Assembly (NCBI GenBank): GCA_963709135.1
Contig: CAVPVI010000019.1
Coordinates: 300,534 to 364,533 of the forward strand
Origin: an uncultured Solirubrobacterales bacterium
GTDB taxonomy: Bacteria; Actinomycetota; Thermoleophilia; Solirubrobacterales; Solirubrobacteraceae
DNA: 64,000 nucleotides
Direction: 5' to 3'
Each line of letters starts with the position of its first letter. Position 1 is the stretch's first letter. Below, piece by piece: positions 41,481-51,870 of the stretch. The position numbers and the translations under genes are program-made. The notes under the pieces are model-generated. The model was given only the letters and a program-made list of their open reading frames with translations, was not told the DNA's origin and ran no database searches.

Positions 41481-42763
41481 TCAGGCTGGGGTCCAGGGCG
41501 TCGCCGGCCATCCGCTGGGTGGCGGCGACATCGACGCAGTCGCCCGACGGGCTGGGGATGATGACCGTGATGTATTGCTGGGCGGCGCGGTGGCGCGCGA
41601 GCTCGTAGGGCGCGCGGTCCTGCCAGCAGCGTCACACGACGCGGCTCCAGGCGCGTCCGAGCGTGCGGATCGCGCGCTGATGGTCATGCCCTTTGGCGAT
41701 CGCTCTGTCGTATACCGCTTGCGCCCAGGGGTGCCAGTGGCGCGTGCTGTCAGCAAGCGTGCAGAACGCGGCGCGTAGCCGCTTGTTGCATGCCCAGCGG
41801 AAGTGCGCGACCTTGTGCTTGCCAGACTCGACTGCGACGGGCGACTGGCCGGCGTCGCCTGCCAGCGAGTCGCGGGTGGGGTAGCGAGCGCGGTGTCGCC
41901 GATCTCGCAGAGCAGCGTGGCGGCCGTCAGGACAGTGTCAGCGCCCTTGAACAGCGACAGGAAGATCGCGCCGTCAGGGTGAGCTCGCACTGCGGACGCG
42001 ATCTGCCGGTCGAGCTGTTTTACCTGCTCTCCAAGAGTTTCGAGCGCCGTGACGAGCGCTAGCACGACCGCACGACCGGCTTGCGCCTCGATCTAACCGG
42101 TACAGGCCGCGGCCGCGGCCCTGAGCTTGTCAAGCAGCTCGGCCCGGTCTTGCCGCCACTGTAGTGCTGGCTGCGCAGGAACGTCGTGAGCCTCGCCGCG
42201 GTGAGCCGCTGCGTGTCAAGCGGGCTCGGGTAGCGCCGCAAAAAAGCCAGCGAGATCAGGCAGTCCAGGCTGCTGAACAGGCCGACCGGCCCGGGCCAGA
42301 AGCGCTCGAGCTCAGCGCGCAACTGGTTGACAAGCGACGTGCGAGCCGACACGAAATCCTCCCGCGCGCGGGTCAGCGCTTTGAGCGCCTTGGTCTGATC
42401 GCTGTCAGGCTCAAGCACCCGGAAGCGATGGCTGTCAGTACGCGCCAGCTCACAGATCACGAACGCGTCAAAGTGGTCAGACTTCCCGCCGCAGGCGCGA
42501 AACCGAGCGCGCGCGGCGGCAACCTGGTTAGGGTGCAGCGCCAGGACCCGCAGCCCCGCGCCCAGGAGCCGGTCCACCAGCACCCCATCCGGGCGCTCGA
42601 CCGCGACCAGCTCAACCTTCATCTGCACGAGCACCCGGCACAACGACCCCAGCCCGGCCTCGTCGTGCGCGAACGTGGCGGCTAGAAGCTGCTCACCCGC
42701 CGCGTCGCAGACTCGCACATCATGCTTCTCCGACGCCCAATCGACGCCGGCGCGATTACCCAA
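41481..42763 (-). pseudogene. IS110 transposase (DEDD RuvC plus Tnp20), frameshifts near 42110 and 41890
   Basis: GVDWA...HDV, VAVE, KSD.FDA, EIGD, SP..ESGK, CNKRLR. Confidence 0.9.
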
Positions 42764-42794
42764 CTCGGGTTCCTCCTGTGATCAGACAACACGT

Positions 42795-42975
42795 TTGACA
42801 TCACCCCTTGGCCAGGAGGTACCGTTGCGGACGCTTATGGACCGGCCCTCACCCGGGGCTACGTCCTGTTGCCGCTTGCGGCACCCCACCCCCGCCGAGG
42901 GAAGCTGGTCTCCACCTGGCCCTCTGATGTGGCAAGCAAAGGATGGCTCTCCCTCGGCGGTGGTCAAGGTTCCAA
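42795..42975 (-). ncRNA. Predicted IS110 bridge RNA (element A)
   Basis: Two internal loops whose segments match the donor junction and both target flanks (see findings). Confidence 0.7.
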
Positions 42976-43035
42976 CACCACAGAGGATGACCCATAAGCA
43001 GAGCGGACAACATCACGCTCTCGAAGGAGGGAGCC

Positions 43036-43740
43036 ATGTCCTCTGCTGTACAGCTGTTCGATGCTGCCGGCCGGCGGCGCTCGCCGGCGACGCTGCCGGA
43101 GTTCCACGCCGGGAGGGCGCCCGCGAACAAGGGTCAGCGCTACCCGGCTGATCCGCCCACGGTTGATGAGATCATCGCGATCTTGCGCCGCGCCCGCCAG
43201 GCCCGTGACGGCGACCGCCTCACGGGACTGATCGTCGTACTCTGGCGCGCCGGGCTGCGGATCAACGAGGCGCTCTCGCTCACCGAGACTGACCTCGACG
43301 ACCGTCGCGAATCGATCCTGGTCCGCCATGGCAAGAACGACCGCCGGCGCGAGGTCGGCATGGACGCCTAGGGCTGGACTGCGCTTGGCCCCTGGCTGGC
43401 TCAGCGCACCACGTTGCCGGTCGGCCCGCTGTTCTGCGTGATCTGCGGGCCGACGCGCGGGCACTCCTGGTCGGCCAGCGCCGCCCGCCTCGAGCTGCAT
43501 CGCACCGCCACCGCCGCCGGCGTGCGCCGGCGCGTAGCGCCCCACCAGCTCCGCCATGCCCACGCTGTCGGGCTGCTGCACGAGGGGATCCCGCTGCCGC
43601 TGATCCAACGCCAGCTCGGGCACTCGCACCTCTCCACGACCGGCACCTACCTACAAGGGATCTCCTCCGAGGAGATCATCTCCACCGTCCACGCCCGCCG
43701 CGCGCCGATGATGTACGCCAGCGCCGGCCTTGACCTGTAA
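43036..43740 (+). pseudogene. Short tyrosine recombinase copy 2 (single TGG>TAG nonsense at 43369)
   Basis: RBS aaggagg; RAGLRINE, HGK, HQLRH, LGH, TYL in one frame; the stop aligns with Trp of copy 1. Confidence 0.9.
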
Positions 43741-43748
43741 ACGAACCC

Positions 43749-43773
43749 GCGGGAGCGCGTCACGCGCTCCCGC
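43749..43773 (+). terminator. Hairpin after recombinase copy 2
   Basis: gcgggagcgcgt-c-acgcgctcccgc. Confidence 0.5.
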
Positions 43774-43962
43774 CAATCATCCTCGGCGAGCACGAAACGT
43801 CCGCAGCCTCCTGCTTGCTACGAAACCAGCAGCGCGACGACACGGCTGCCCCCGTGGCATTGCGATCACGCCGATCGGTCCGGCGGACCATCGGTCCCCG
43901 TCGAAACCGATCATCTCGTCGCTGGGGTGTTGCCGCCGGCCCGGCACGAATCGATCCTGCCT

Positions 43963-44024
43963 GGCCTGCCCGGTTGCCGCTTGCAACGGCGGGCGAATTA
44001 CGTCCTCAGCTAGCGCCATTCCGC
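43963..44024 (+). repeat. Left inverted repeat of the propeller-gene cassette
   Basis: 56/62 match to the reverse complement of 47090-47151. Confidence 0.9.
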
Positions 44025-44185
44025 GCAATGCTGCTTGGTAACAAGGAATTCACACCCGTTACGAAGGTTTGCTGAGTGGACCGTAGTCCGCCACGTTAGG
44101 CGCGGCGCTTTGCTCGGATGTGGGTCTGGCGGCTTCGGGGCATACTGGCAATGCTGACAAACCTCAATATTCTAGGGTGGTGTCT

Positions 44186-46501
44186 ATGGTTAGCTCGTGG
44201 AGGCGGCAACCTTTGGGCGTCTGGCGGGTGCGCTGCCGGCGCCGCGGACTTGGGGTCGGTTTGGTGGTCGTGCTCGTGTTGGCGGTGGCCCAGGCGGCTC
44301 AGGCGGCGAGCTGGGCGGCGCAATCTGTGCCGACTCCGTTGACGCCCAACGGAGCGCTGCTGGCGGTCGCGTGCTCTGGGCTTACGGCGTGCACCGCGGT
44401 CGGGCACGACGTCAACAGCGCCGGCACCCAAGTGGCCTTGGCGGAGGTGTGGGACGGGAGCAGCTGGCAGCTGCAGAGCACCCCCAACCCGGCCGGCGCG
44501 ACGTCCAGCCAGCTGAGCGGCGTGTCGTGCTCGTCCGCGACGGCGTGCATCGCGGTCGGGGACTACTACAACAGCGCCGGCACCGAACTGACGTTGGCGG
44601 AGGTGTGGGACGGGAGCAGCTGGCAGCTGCAGAGCACCCCCAACCCGGCCGGCGCGACATCCAGCCAGCTGAGCGGCGTGTCGTGCTCGTCCGCGACGGC
44701 GTGCATCGCGGTCGGGGACTACTACAACAGCGCCGGCACCGAACTGACGTTGGCGGAGGTGTGGGACGGGAGCAGCTGGCAGCTGCAGAGCACCCCCAAC
44801 CCGGCCGGCGCGACGTCCAGCCAGCTGGACGGGGTGTCGTGCCCAGAGGCGAACGCGTGCACGGCTGTAGGGAGCAACGCTGTTGCGCCGTTGGCGGAGG
44901 TCTGGGACGGCAGCAGCTGGCAGCTGCAGAGCGCTGCGAGTCCGATCGATCCGTATAACGGGCTGACCGGAGTGTCGTGCTCGTCCGCGACCGCGTGCAC
45001 CGCCGTCGGAAACTACGTCAGCAAACTCTCGCCGTTTACTATCTCAACGTTCGCGGAGGCCTGGGACGGCAGCAGCTGGCAGGTACAGAGCACCGTCAAC
45101 CCGGGCGGCGGGACCGACAGCCAGCTGACCGGGGTGTCGTGCACGTCCGCGACCGCGTGCACCGCCGTCGGGTACTCGAACGGCGGCGTCTTTACGTTGC
45201 AGGAGGTCTGGGACGGCACTAGCTGGCAGCTCGAGCCCACCATCAATCCGACCGGCATGCCGAGAAGCGAGCTGACCGGGGTGTCGTGCACCTCCGCGGC
45301 CACGTGCACCGCGGTCGGGGACGGCCTCTACGACGGCACCAACGTCACGTTGGCGGCGGCCTCAGACGGCACCAGCTGGCAGCTGCAGAGCACCACCAAC
45401 CCGACCGGCGCGACGACGTACAGCGCCTCACTCAACGAGGTGTCGTGCACCTCCACGACGGCGTGCACCGCTGCCGGGAGCTTCACCAACAACAACCCTA
45501 ACTTCGCCGGGGTTCCCGAATTGCCGTTGGCGGAGGGCTGGGGCGGCAGCAACTGGCAGGTGCAGAGCATCCCCAACCCGATTGGCCTGACCGGCACGCA
45601 GGACAGCTCCGTGATCGCGGGCGTGTCGTGCACGTCCGCGACGGCGTGCATCGCGGTGGGGTCCGCCTACGACCAGGTCGAGGGCATCCATGGGATTTTC
45701 GCGGAGGCCTGGGACGGCAGCGGCTGGCAGCTGCAGACTATCCCCAGCCCCGTAACAACCGCCTCACTCACTGCGGTGTCGTGCACGTCCGCGACGGCGT
45801 GCATCGCCGTCGGGTACTACGACACCATCGACACGGGCGCGCAGGTGACGTTGGCGGAGGTGTGGAACGGCAGCAGCTGGCAGGTTCAGAGCACCCCCGA
45901 CCCGACCGGCGCGACATCCAGCCAGCTGAGCGGAGTGTCGTGCTCGTCCGCGACGGCGTGCATCGCGGTCGGGGACTACAACGACAGCGCCGGCAACGAA
46001 GTAACGTTGGCGGAGCGCTGGGACGGCAGCAGCTGGCAGCTGCAGAGCACCCCCAACCCGACCGGCGCGACGTCGAGCGCTCTCAACGGGGTGTCATGCC
46101 CGTCCGCGAAGTCGTGCACCGCGGTGGGGAGCTACGTTAACCCTCGCACCGACACGCAGGTGACGTTGGCGGAGCGCTGGAGCGGCAGCCGCTGGCACAT
46201 GCGCCGTCCACCCAACCCGACCGGCGCGACGTCGAGCGCTCTCAACGGAGTGTCGTGCACGTCCGCAAAGTCGTGCACGGCTGTCGGGAGCTACGTCAAC
46301 AGCGCCGGCGCCGATGTGATGGTGGCAGAGGGCTGGGACGGCAGCAGCTGGCAGCTGCAGAGCACCCCCAACCCGATCGGCGCGACGTCGAGCGCTCTCA
46401 GCGGAGTGTCGTGCACGTCCGCGAAGTCGTGCACCGCTGTCGGGACCTCCGCCGCCAGTCTCGGCGGTCCCAGCGTGCCGCTGGCGCAAAGATACTCGTA
46501 G
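44186..46501 (+). CDS. Secreted protein with 14 Cys-containing ~50-aa repeats (predicted beta-propellers)
   Basis: Signal peptide ending AQA; repeat L.GVSC.SATAC.AVG...LAE.WDGSSW. Confidence 0.9.
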   Translation: MVSSWRRQPLGVWRVRCRRRGLGVGLVVVLVLAVAQAAQAASWAAQSVPTPLTPNGALLAVACSGLTACTAVGHDVNSAGTQVALAEVWDGSSWQLQSTPNPAGATSSQLSGVSCSSATACIAVGDYYNSAGTELTLAEVWDGSSWQLQSTPNPAGATSSQLSGVSCSSATACIAVGDYYNSAGTELTLAEVWDGSSWQLQSTPNPAGATSSQLDGVSCPEANACTAVGSNAVAPLAEVWDGSSWQLQSAASPIDPYNGLTGVSCSSATACTAVGNYVSKLSPFTISTFAEAWDGSSWQVQSTVNPGGGTDSQLTGVSCTSATACTAVGYSNGGVFTLQEVWDGTSWQLEPTINPTGMPRSELTGVSCTSAATCTAVGDGLYDGTNVTLAAASDGTSWQLQSTTNPTGATTYSASLNEVSCTSTTACTAAGSFTNNNPNFAGVPELPLAEGWGGSNWQVQSIPNPIGLTGTQDSSVIAGVSCTSATACIAVGSAYDQVEGIHGIFAEAWDGSGWQLQTIPSPVTTASLTAVSCTSATACIAVGYYDTIDTGAQVTLAEVWNGSSWQVQSTPDPTGATSSQLSGVSCSSATACIAVGDYNDSAGNEVTLAERWDGSSWQLQSTPNPTGATSSALNGVSCPSAKSCTAVGSYVNPRTDTQVTLAERWSGSRWHMRRPPNPTGATSSALNGVSCTSAKSCTAVGSYVNSAGADVMVAEGWDGSSWQLQSTPNPIGATSSALSGVSCTSAKSCTAVGTSAASLGGPSVPLAQRYS

Positions 46502-47089
46502 TCGCAAACAGACAACAAGCACAAGAGCAAGCAGGCCCAAACCACATGTCGGATAGCGCCCGCGTTGACGGCGAACGCGGGCGCGCCGACGAAAGCCGCG
46601 GTCCGTACGCTAATACGCTCCGACACGGAATTGCTCCCCCAAGCCCCCAAGCGCCGGTCGCGCTTCGTCACAGAACGGATCCATCCGGCAGCACCCCACT
46701 CGAGCGAGGCGTTCTTGAAAGGCACGCCGGCCGACGTGGTGCAAGCGGCTGACGCCCTGGCCAGTGGACTTCGAGCATGCCCGCGAACTTCCGTAGGTAA
46801 CGCTTCGTGACGACGCCGCGGCCCATGATCGGAATCGCTCGCACCAGGCGTCGCGTGAGCCTTCCCGGACGCTCGAGAGCGGCGATCTGGGCGGCGCCGT
46901 GCACCGCGCGCGCTTCGCGGCATTCCAGCAAGCACCAACCGCGATGCCGACAGTCTCGACTGCCTACATGACACTGGTCCTTGTGGTGCAGAGCGGCGAC
47001 GCCCGCGCGTTCGCCGTTCCCTGGAGCCGGACTGGCGGTTTCGTCCGACAGTCGCCCGCCGCGCGCTCGCCGCGGCACAGCTGTGCGAG

Positions 47090-47151
47090 GCGGAATGGCG
47101 CTAGCTGAAAATCTAATTCGCCCGCCGTCGCAAGCGGCAACCGGGCGGGCC
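47090..47151 (-). repeat. Right inverted repeat of the propeller-gene cassette
   Basis: Inverted copy of 43963-44024. Confidence 0.9.
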
Positions 47152-47308
47152 GCAGCTCGGCTCTCCCGTCGCCGACTTCTGCTCCCGCCCAATCTCAGCA
47201 GCACCACGGATGCCTGGCGTGATTGCTTTCGACGGACAGCGGTCGTGCGACGGCGCCGGTCAGCATGATCGCTTGGCCACGAATGCGCTCGTCCCGGCTG
47301 GGCCAACC

Positions 47309-47410
47309 GGACGATCGCCTTCGCGTGCAAGCCATAGCGACTCGGCCGCTGGCCGCGAGGTGCGGCGGCACCCGCCGGCCGCTATCCCTTTCACGCGAAC
47401 GCGATCGTCC
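47309..47410. repeat. 102-bp fold-back module (31-bp imperfect terminal IRs), copy 1
   Basis: ggacgatcgccttcgcgtgcaagccatagcg...cgctatccctttcacgcgaacgcgatcgtcc; near-identical copy at 59553. Confidence 0.88.
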
Positions 47411-47444
47411 GCTTCCGCTCGGGCTGACGATCGCCTTTGTCGCA

Positions 47445-47745
47445 AAGCGCAAGCCCGCCCTCGACGAGGACGTACCTCTGCGAGTACTTGCTCGACCCCG
47501 CGCGTCGCGGCGATCAGCAAGCGCTTGGTCGACAGCTCCTTCAGCGGCATAGGAGCGGTCTCCTCGGCGGAGCCCAGACGGCTGCTTTTGCGGATTGTGC
47601 TAGCAGCCGGACGGGGTGGCGGCTAGCGGTCGGATAGGTCCGTCGCCGACAAGAGGACTTCCGCGGCGCCGCCGCCTCAGCCCCGCTCGTCGCCGAATTC
47701 CGGGGCCCCCGAGACGGCGTGCAGAACCAGCCCGATGCCTAGGCA
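47445..47745 (+). repeat. Repeat family R, copy 3
   Basis: Inverted homology to 40620-40962 and 54385-54690. Confidence 0.85.
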
Positions 47746-48354
47746 GCGTTCATCGTTCGCGCCGCCTGGCGGGCGCAAACCGGCGCGCCGCATAACATAA
47801 CGGGCGGAAGCGATCGTGCGGTGCCCCAAACCCGGACGAGCGCATTCGTGGCCGAGCGATGACGGCTTCAGCGGACGGCTGACGGGCGAAGCGATCACGC
47901 AGAACGCTTGAGCGTCGCCGATGCAGAGCAGATGCTTCCCGCGGGAACTCGATCGCACGCATGCCCGAGGTGCGATGATCGCTTCTTGGCTTCATGGGCG
48001 GCCACCGCCATCGGGAAAGCGATAGCGAGGCGCACGCCGCCGGCCTCGAGTTGCATGGCTACCGCTCAACCTCGGCGAACCATTCGTCCGCCGCGGCGGC
48101 GGGACGCTTCTAACGTGCCCAAGCGAGACGCGGGTCCCAGTTGTTTAGTTTAGTTTTAGTTTGGTCGAGTTGGAGCGTCCGGAGCTCCGCCGGACCGAGA
48201 GCGTCGCTGACATGTCAACGACGCTCAACCCGGATGAATAGAGCCGGAGCCACGCCTCTCGCTCCACATAATTCGATCCTCTCGCCACTTCCCGCGGGAC
48301 ACGGGGTCGCGCTGGTCGGGGTTGTGAGCACAAGTCTGCGAATTCCAGCGTCAC

Positions 48355-51300
48355 TCATCGTGTCGGGCTGGTGGCAGGCTCAGCCGGCGCTACGAGGTCG
48401 ACGTCATCGCTAACCTGCAGCTGCTGGGTGTTGGTTGAGGTGCTCGGCGCGAACACCGGGTCACCGCTGTACGTAGCCGTCACATGGTAATTTCCAGCCG
48501 GCAGGTTCACCAACACTACGAGGCTCTGCTGGCCATCGCTGTTCGTGACCGGAGCGGACGGCCCATACGTCGCCACCAGACTGTTGCTGCTGTTGTAGAC
48601 GTTCCACGCGATGGTGCCGCTCGTGGGAGTGCCTTTGTCTTCCGCACCATGCTCTACACGCGCCTGGAAGGTGACCTGCACTGGCTCCCGTGACAGCTTG
48701 ACGTCGTTGGGTTGCGGGCGCTGGATTTCCGTCTGGCTGGGGTAGCCGTCCGACGACCGGGTGCTCGGCTCCGCCACTGGGCGGCTGTTGAACTGCAGGT
48801 TGGTGATCGTGCCGGTGATCGCGCTTGAGCCGACCTCGTGCAGGTCCACGTTCGTGCTCTGATCGCCGCTGTACGAGTTGCTGTTGGCCTGCAGCCCGTT
48901 GGGATCGCTCGGGCTGCCGGTGCAGCCGTGGCTCGTGCCGCCACCGGTGGTCGCGATGATCGGCAGTCCGCCACCATTGGTGCCCAGCACGGTGTAGAGG
49001 GCGCCGCAGCCGTCGTGCTGGCCGTCTTTGGTCGTGCCCGCGAAGAGCTCGGGCGACCCGGCCTGGTCGGTGTTGTGCGGCTGCGTGACGTACTGGCTGG
49101 CATCCGGATCGCTCACCGGCTTGATGCCGAGCTGGTTGTAGTCGGGTACGCCATCCTGGAAGATGCTGCTCATGGTGCCGTTGTAGGCAGCTACGCCCAC
49201 GCTCCAGTGCACGTGCGCAGTTCCTCCCGGCTTGTCGGGCCCGGTCGCGGTGAAGTTGCCGGTCAAATCGACGTTGCTGATCGTGTATTGGTCACCGCCG
49301 CCGCCCACCAGACAGGCGGCGAAGCTCACGGTCGGGGTTAGGCAGTTCTGGCCGGCGGGCGCAGCCCCGCTCACGGTCAGCCCGTCCACCGGGAGCGCGA
49401 GGCCGGTCAGGAAGTAGCGGCCGCCACCGTCCTTCGCCACCGGCGAGGTCGTGGTGAAACTGTTGCTGGCGGTGCTGTAGGTGGTCGTCGCGGAGCTGAA
49501 CCGCGAGCCGTCGATAGTGACAGTGGCGTTGGGCAGCACGGCCAGGACGGTCTGGCTCTGGCCAGATACTTGATCAGTGATTCGGAAGCTCATGCTGCCG
49601 CCGCTGAATTGCACTGTCGCCGGCTTGTTGTGGTTTCCGCTGCTATCAGGGTTGCTCAGGCCCTCGACCTTGACGGCCGTATCGAACCACAGGTAGTTGC
49701 TGGGCGGCTTGGGCGGCCCGCCAACCACGCCGGCCGGGTACACGGGCGAGATGACCACCAGCCCATCCCGGGTGTAGTCAAGCGGGCTCTGACTGAACGG
49801 GCCGCCGTTGTAACCGGACGACCCCAACGACCGATAAGCAGACGTGGAGAAATATTGCGGGCTGAATCCGGTCGCGACCGAACCGCCGCCGCCGCCACCA
49901 CCACCACCGGCGCCGCCGAGGTACTCGGAAGCCTCGCCGGGGAAGCCGCCGAGGTTGGAGCCGCCGGCGCCGCCACCACCACCGCCGCCCGTGCCCGAAG
50001 AATAGGTCAGATTTGAGATGCCATCGGCGCCCCGGCCTGAGCCGGGCCAAAGGGCCGCCAGGCCGCCGAGGCCGCCGGGTTCGCCGAATGCGCCCGGCTG
50101 ACCAGGTAAGCCCGGCGTGCCGGTACCTTGAATCCCTGCGGCGATACCGCCTGGCCCGGCTCCGTACTCCGGCGAACCAACAAGGCCACCGCCAGCGCCG
50201 CCGCTGCCGCCGCCGCCAGCGGCGAGCAGCTCGGTGCCGCTGTTGACGAACACGCCGCTGGAACCGCCGCCGCCGCCGCCGCCATCGCCGCCGTTACAAC
50301 ACACTAGCCCGATATCGTGCTGGCCGGGGCTGCCGTTGCCGCCCGATGAAAGGCCAAAGCCGCCGGCACCGCCCGGGTTAGAGGAATCAGACACGCCGCC
50401 GGTCAGGCTGGGGGAGTTCTGGCCGGCGCAGCCCACCGCGACTTGAGCGGTGACGCCGGGTTGAGCGGTGACCGTCCCGATCACCCCCGCGCCAGAGCCG
50501 GCCCAGGTATCAGCGGAGGTCCCGACGGCCGTGTCCATGCCGCCCGTCGCGCCCACAGCGAACACGTCGAAACCCGTTGCCCCAGTGGGGACCGTGTAGT
50601 TCTGATAGGCGCCGGTACACGTGAAGGTCTGTGGCAGCATGCCGGCCACCGCATTGTCTATCGTGAGCCCGACGAATCCCTCGGTCTCCGCCTGCTGGAT
50701 CAACGCGGGGTCCGTACTCGTTTGCAGGGTGGCATGGTCGGGGTCGTTGTAGTCGGTCCCGGCACCACCGCCGCCGCCGCTGAGAGTGCCCCCGTTGCCG
50801 CCACCGCCACCGTAATAGCCACCGCCGCCACCGCCGCCCGTGCCGCCCGCAGAGCTTCCGCCAGACGCGCCGGTCGAGGACGGGGCGGCGCCCCCGGAAG
50901 TGCCGCCAGTGCCTGCTCCCGATCCCGAAGCGTTCTGGCCGTTGCCGTTCCCCGAACCAGTGATGCCGCCCAGGCCGGTGCCACCCGCGCCGCCACCGGC
51001 CCCGCCGCCCGCGCCACCGCCGCCGCCCGCCACGACCAGCACGTCAGTCCCGGCGACAATCCCGCTCGCGCCGCCGCCGCCGCCGCCGGTGCCGAGTTGG
51101 AAGCCGGCCGGAGCGGTGCCCGGTCCACCCAGGCCGCCGGCAGCCCAGCCAGCGCCACCCTGCCCAGTAAACGGCGACGTACAGCCCACAGTGATCCTCA
51201 ACAGCTCGCCGGGGTACACCGAGATCTCGCCCTGGACCACAGACCCCTCCCCAGGAGCAGGATTGGCATAGAGATTGTCCACCTCGGGCTCGCCCGGGGC

Positions 51301-51675
51301 ACCCGCAGCTTGGTAAGCGATGCTGGTGACGCCGGGCGGGACGCTCAACAGGTTGTAGGGAAGCCCGTTGCATTTGTAGACGACCTGTGTCGTCGACACC
51401 GCCTGGGCCGCCTGAACTCGGCACACCCCCGACGCAGCGAGCGTCAGCATCAAGGCCAGGCTCAGGGTCGCAAGCAGACGGGCCGCACGCCGCCGTGCGG
51501 CGCCGCCGGAGCCCTCATCACGCCGCGCGGTCAATTCGTGCGCCATCATGTCGACGGCTTTCTTGACCCACGCCGGCCGGCCACACTCCGGCCAGCCTCG
51601 ATCCGCGCTCAGGTCCGCGACGACGCCACCTCGCTCCGTGATTGCACTCCACTCAGTCATGCCATCTCCCCTCAC
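48355..51675 (-). CDS. Secreted glycine-rich protein with C-terminal Ig-like domain
   Basis: Signal-like segment ending AQA; two VP.G....A.GA.G/VAGGGGGAG Gly-rich domains; LPAG.Y.VTATYSGD..F.PS; start uncertain. Confidence 0.85.
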   Translation of the reverse strand: MRGDGMTEWSAITERGGVVADLSADRGWPECGRPAWVKKAVDMMAHELTARRDEGSGGAARRRAARLLATLSLALMLTLAASGVCRVQAAQAVSTTQVVYKCNGLPYNLLSVPPGVTSIAYQAAGAPGEPEVDNLYANPAPGEGSVVQGEISVYPGELLRITVGCTSPFTGQGGAGWAAGGLGGPGTAPAGFQLGTGGGGGGASGIVAGTDVLVVAGGGGGAGGGAGGGAGGTGLGGITGSGNGNGQNASGSGAGTGGTSGGAAPSSTGASGGSSAGGTGGGGGGGYYGGGGGNGGTLSGGGGGAGTDYNDPDHATLQTSTDPALIQQAETEGFVGLTIDNAVAGMLPQTFTCTGAYQNYTVPTGATGFDVFAVGATGGMDTAVGTSADTWAGSGAGVIGTVTAQPGVTAQVAVGCAGQNSPSLTGGVSDSSNPGGAGGFGLSSGGNGSPGQHDIGLVCCNGGDGGGGGGGSSGVFVNSGTELLAAGGGGSGGAGGGLVGSPEYGAGPGGIAAGIQGTGTPGLPGQPGAFGEPGGLGGLAALWPGSGRGADGISNLTYSSGTGGGGGGGAGGSNLGGFPGEASEYLGGAGGGGGGGGGSVATGFSPQYFSTSAYRSLGSSGYNGGPFSQSPLDYTRDGLVVISPVYPAGVVGGPPKPPSNYLWFDTAVKVEGLSNPDSSGNHNKPATVQFSGGSMSFRITDQVSGQSQTVLAVLPNATVTIDGSRFSSATTTYSTASNSFTTTSPVAKDGGGRYFLTGLALPVDGLTVSGAAPAGQNCLTPTVSFAACLVGGGGDQYTISNVDLTGNFTATGPDKPGGTAHVHWSVGVAAYNGTMSSIFQDGVPDYNQLGIKPVSDPDASQYVTQPHNTDQAGSPELFAGTTKDGQHDGCGALYTVLGTNGGGLPIIATTGGGTSHGCTGSPSDPNGLQANSNSYSGDQSTNVDLHEVGSSAITGTITNLQFNSRPVAEPSTRSSDGYPSQTEIQRPQPNDVKLSREPVQVTFQARVEHGAEDKGTPTSGTIAWNVYNSSNSLVATYGPSAPVTNSDGQQSLVVLVNLPAGNYHVTATYSGDPVFAPSTSTNTQQLQVSDDVDLVAPAEPATSPTR

Positions 51676-51870
51676 CTACCGCTGTGCCGCTTCGCGCCGA
51701 CCGGTGTTCCGGCGCGCGCGAGCGCGGCCCGAACGGTCATACGACCGCGCCGGTTCGCGGAGCGCGCACGCCACTTCGGTGGCCCCGGGGACGCTAGAGC
51801 GGATCGGCCGGGAGCGCAACAGACCTAGGTCCCCAGTTGCTGTACACCTAGGTCCTCAATCGTCTGTTGC

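Larger units (their letters stand above)
41095..42998 (-). mobile_element. IS110-family element A (transposase frameshifted)
   Basis: Left end CT-TATGGGTCATCCT, right end TTGACACAGGACGT-CT; left end homologous to 62910-63143. Confidence 0.8.

Noticed and set aside
43369-43371. In-frame TAG as programmed readthrough or pyrrolysine
   Set aside because: Aligns with a Trp (TGG) in the paralogue; a single transition explains it
46565-48350. Short ORFs in the repeat-rich intergenic regions
   Set aside because: Arg/Pro/Ala-rich, no RBS or motifs, and the homologous repeat copies do not conserve a reading frame
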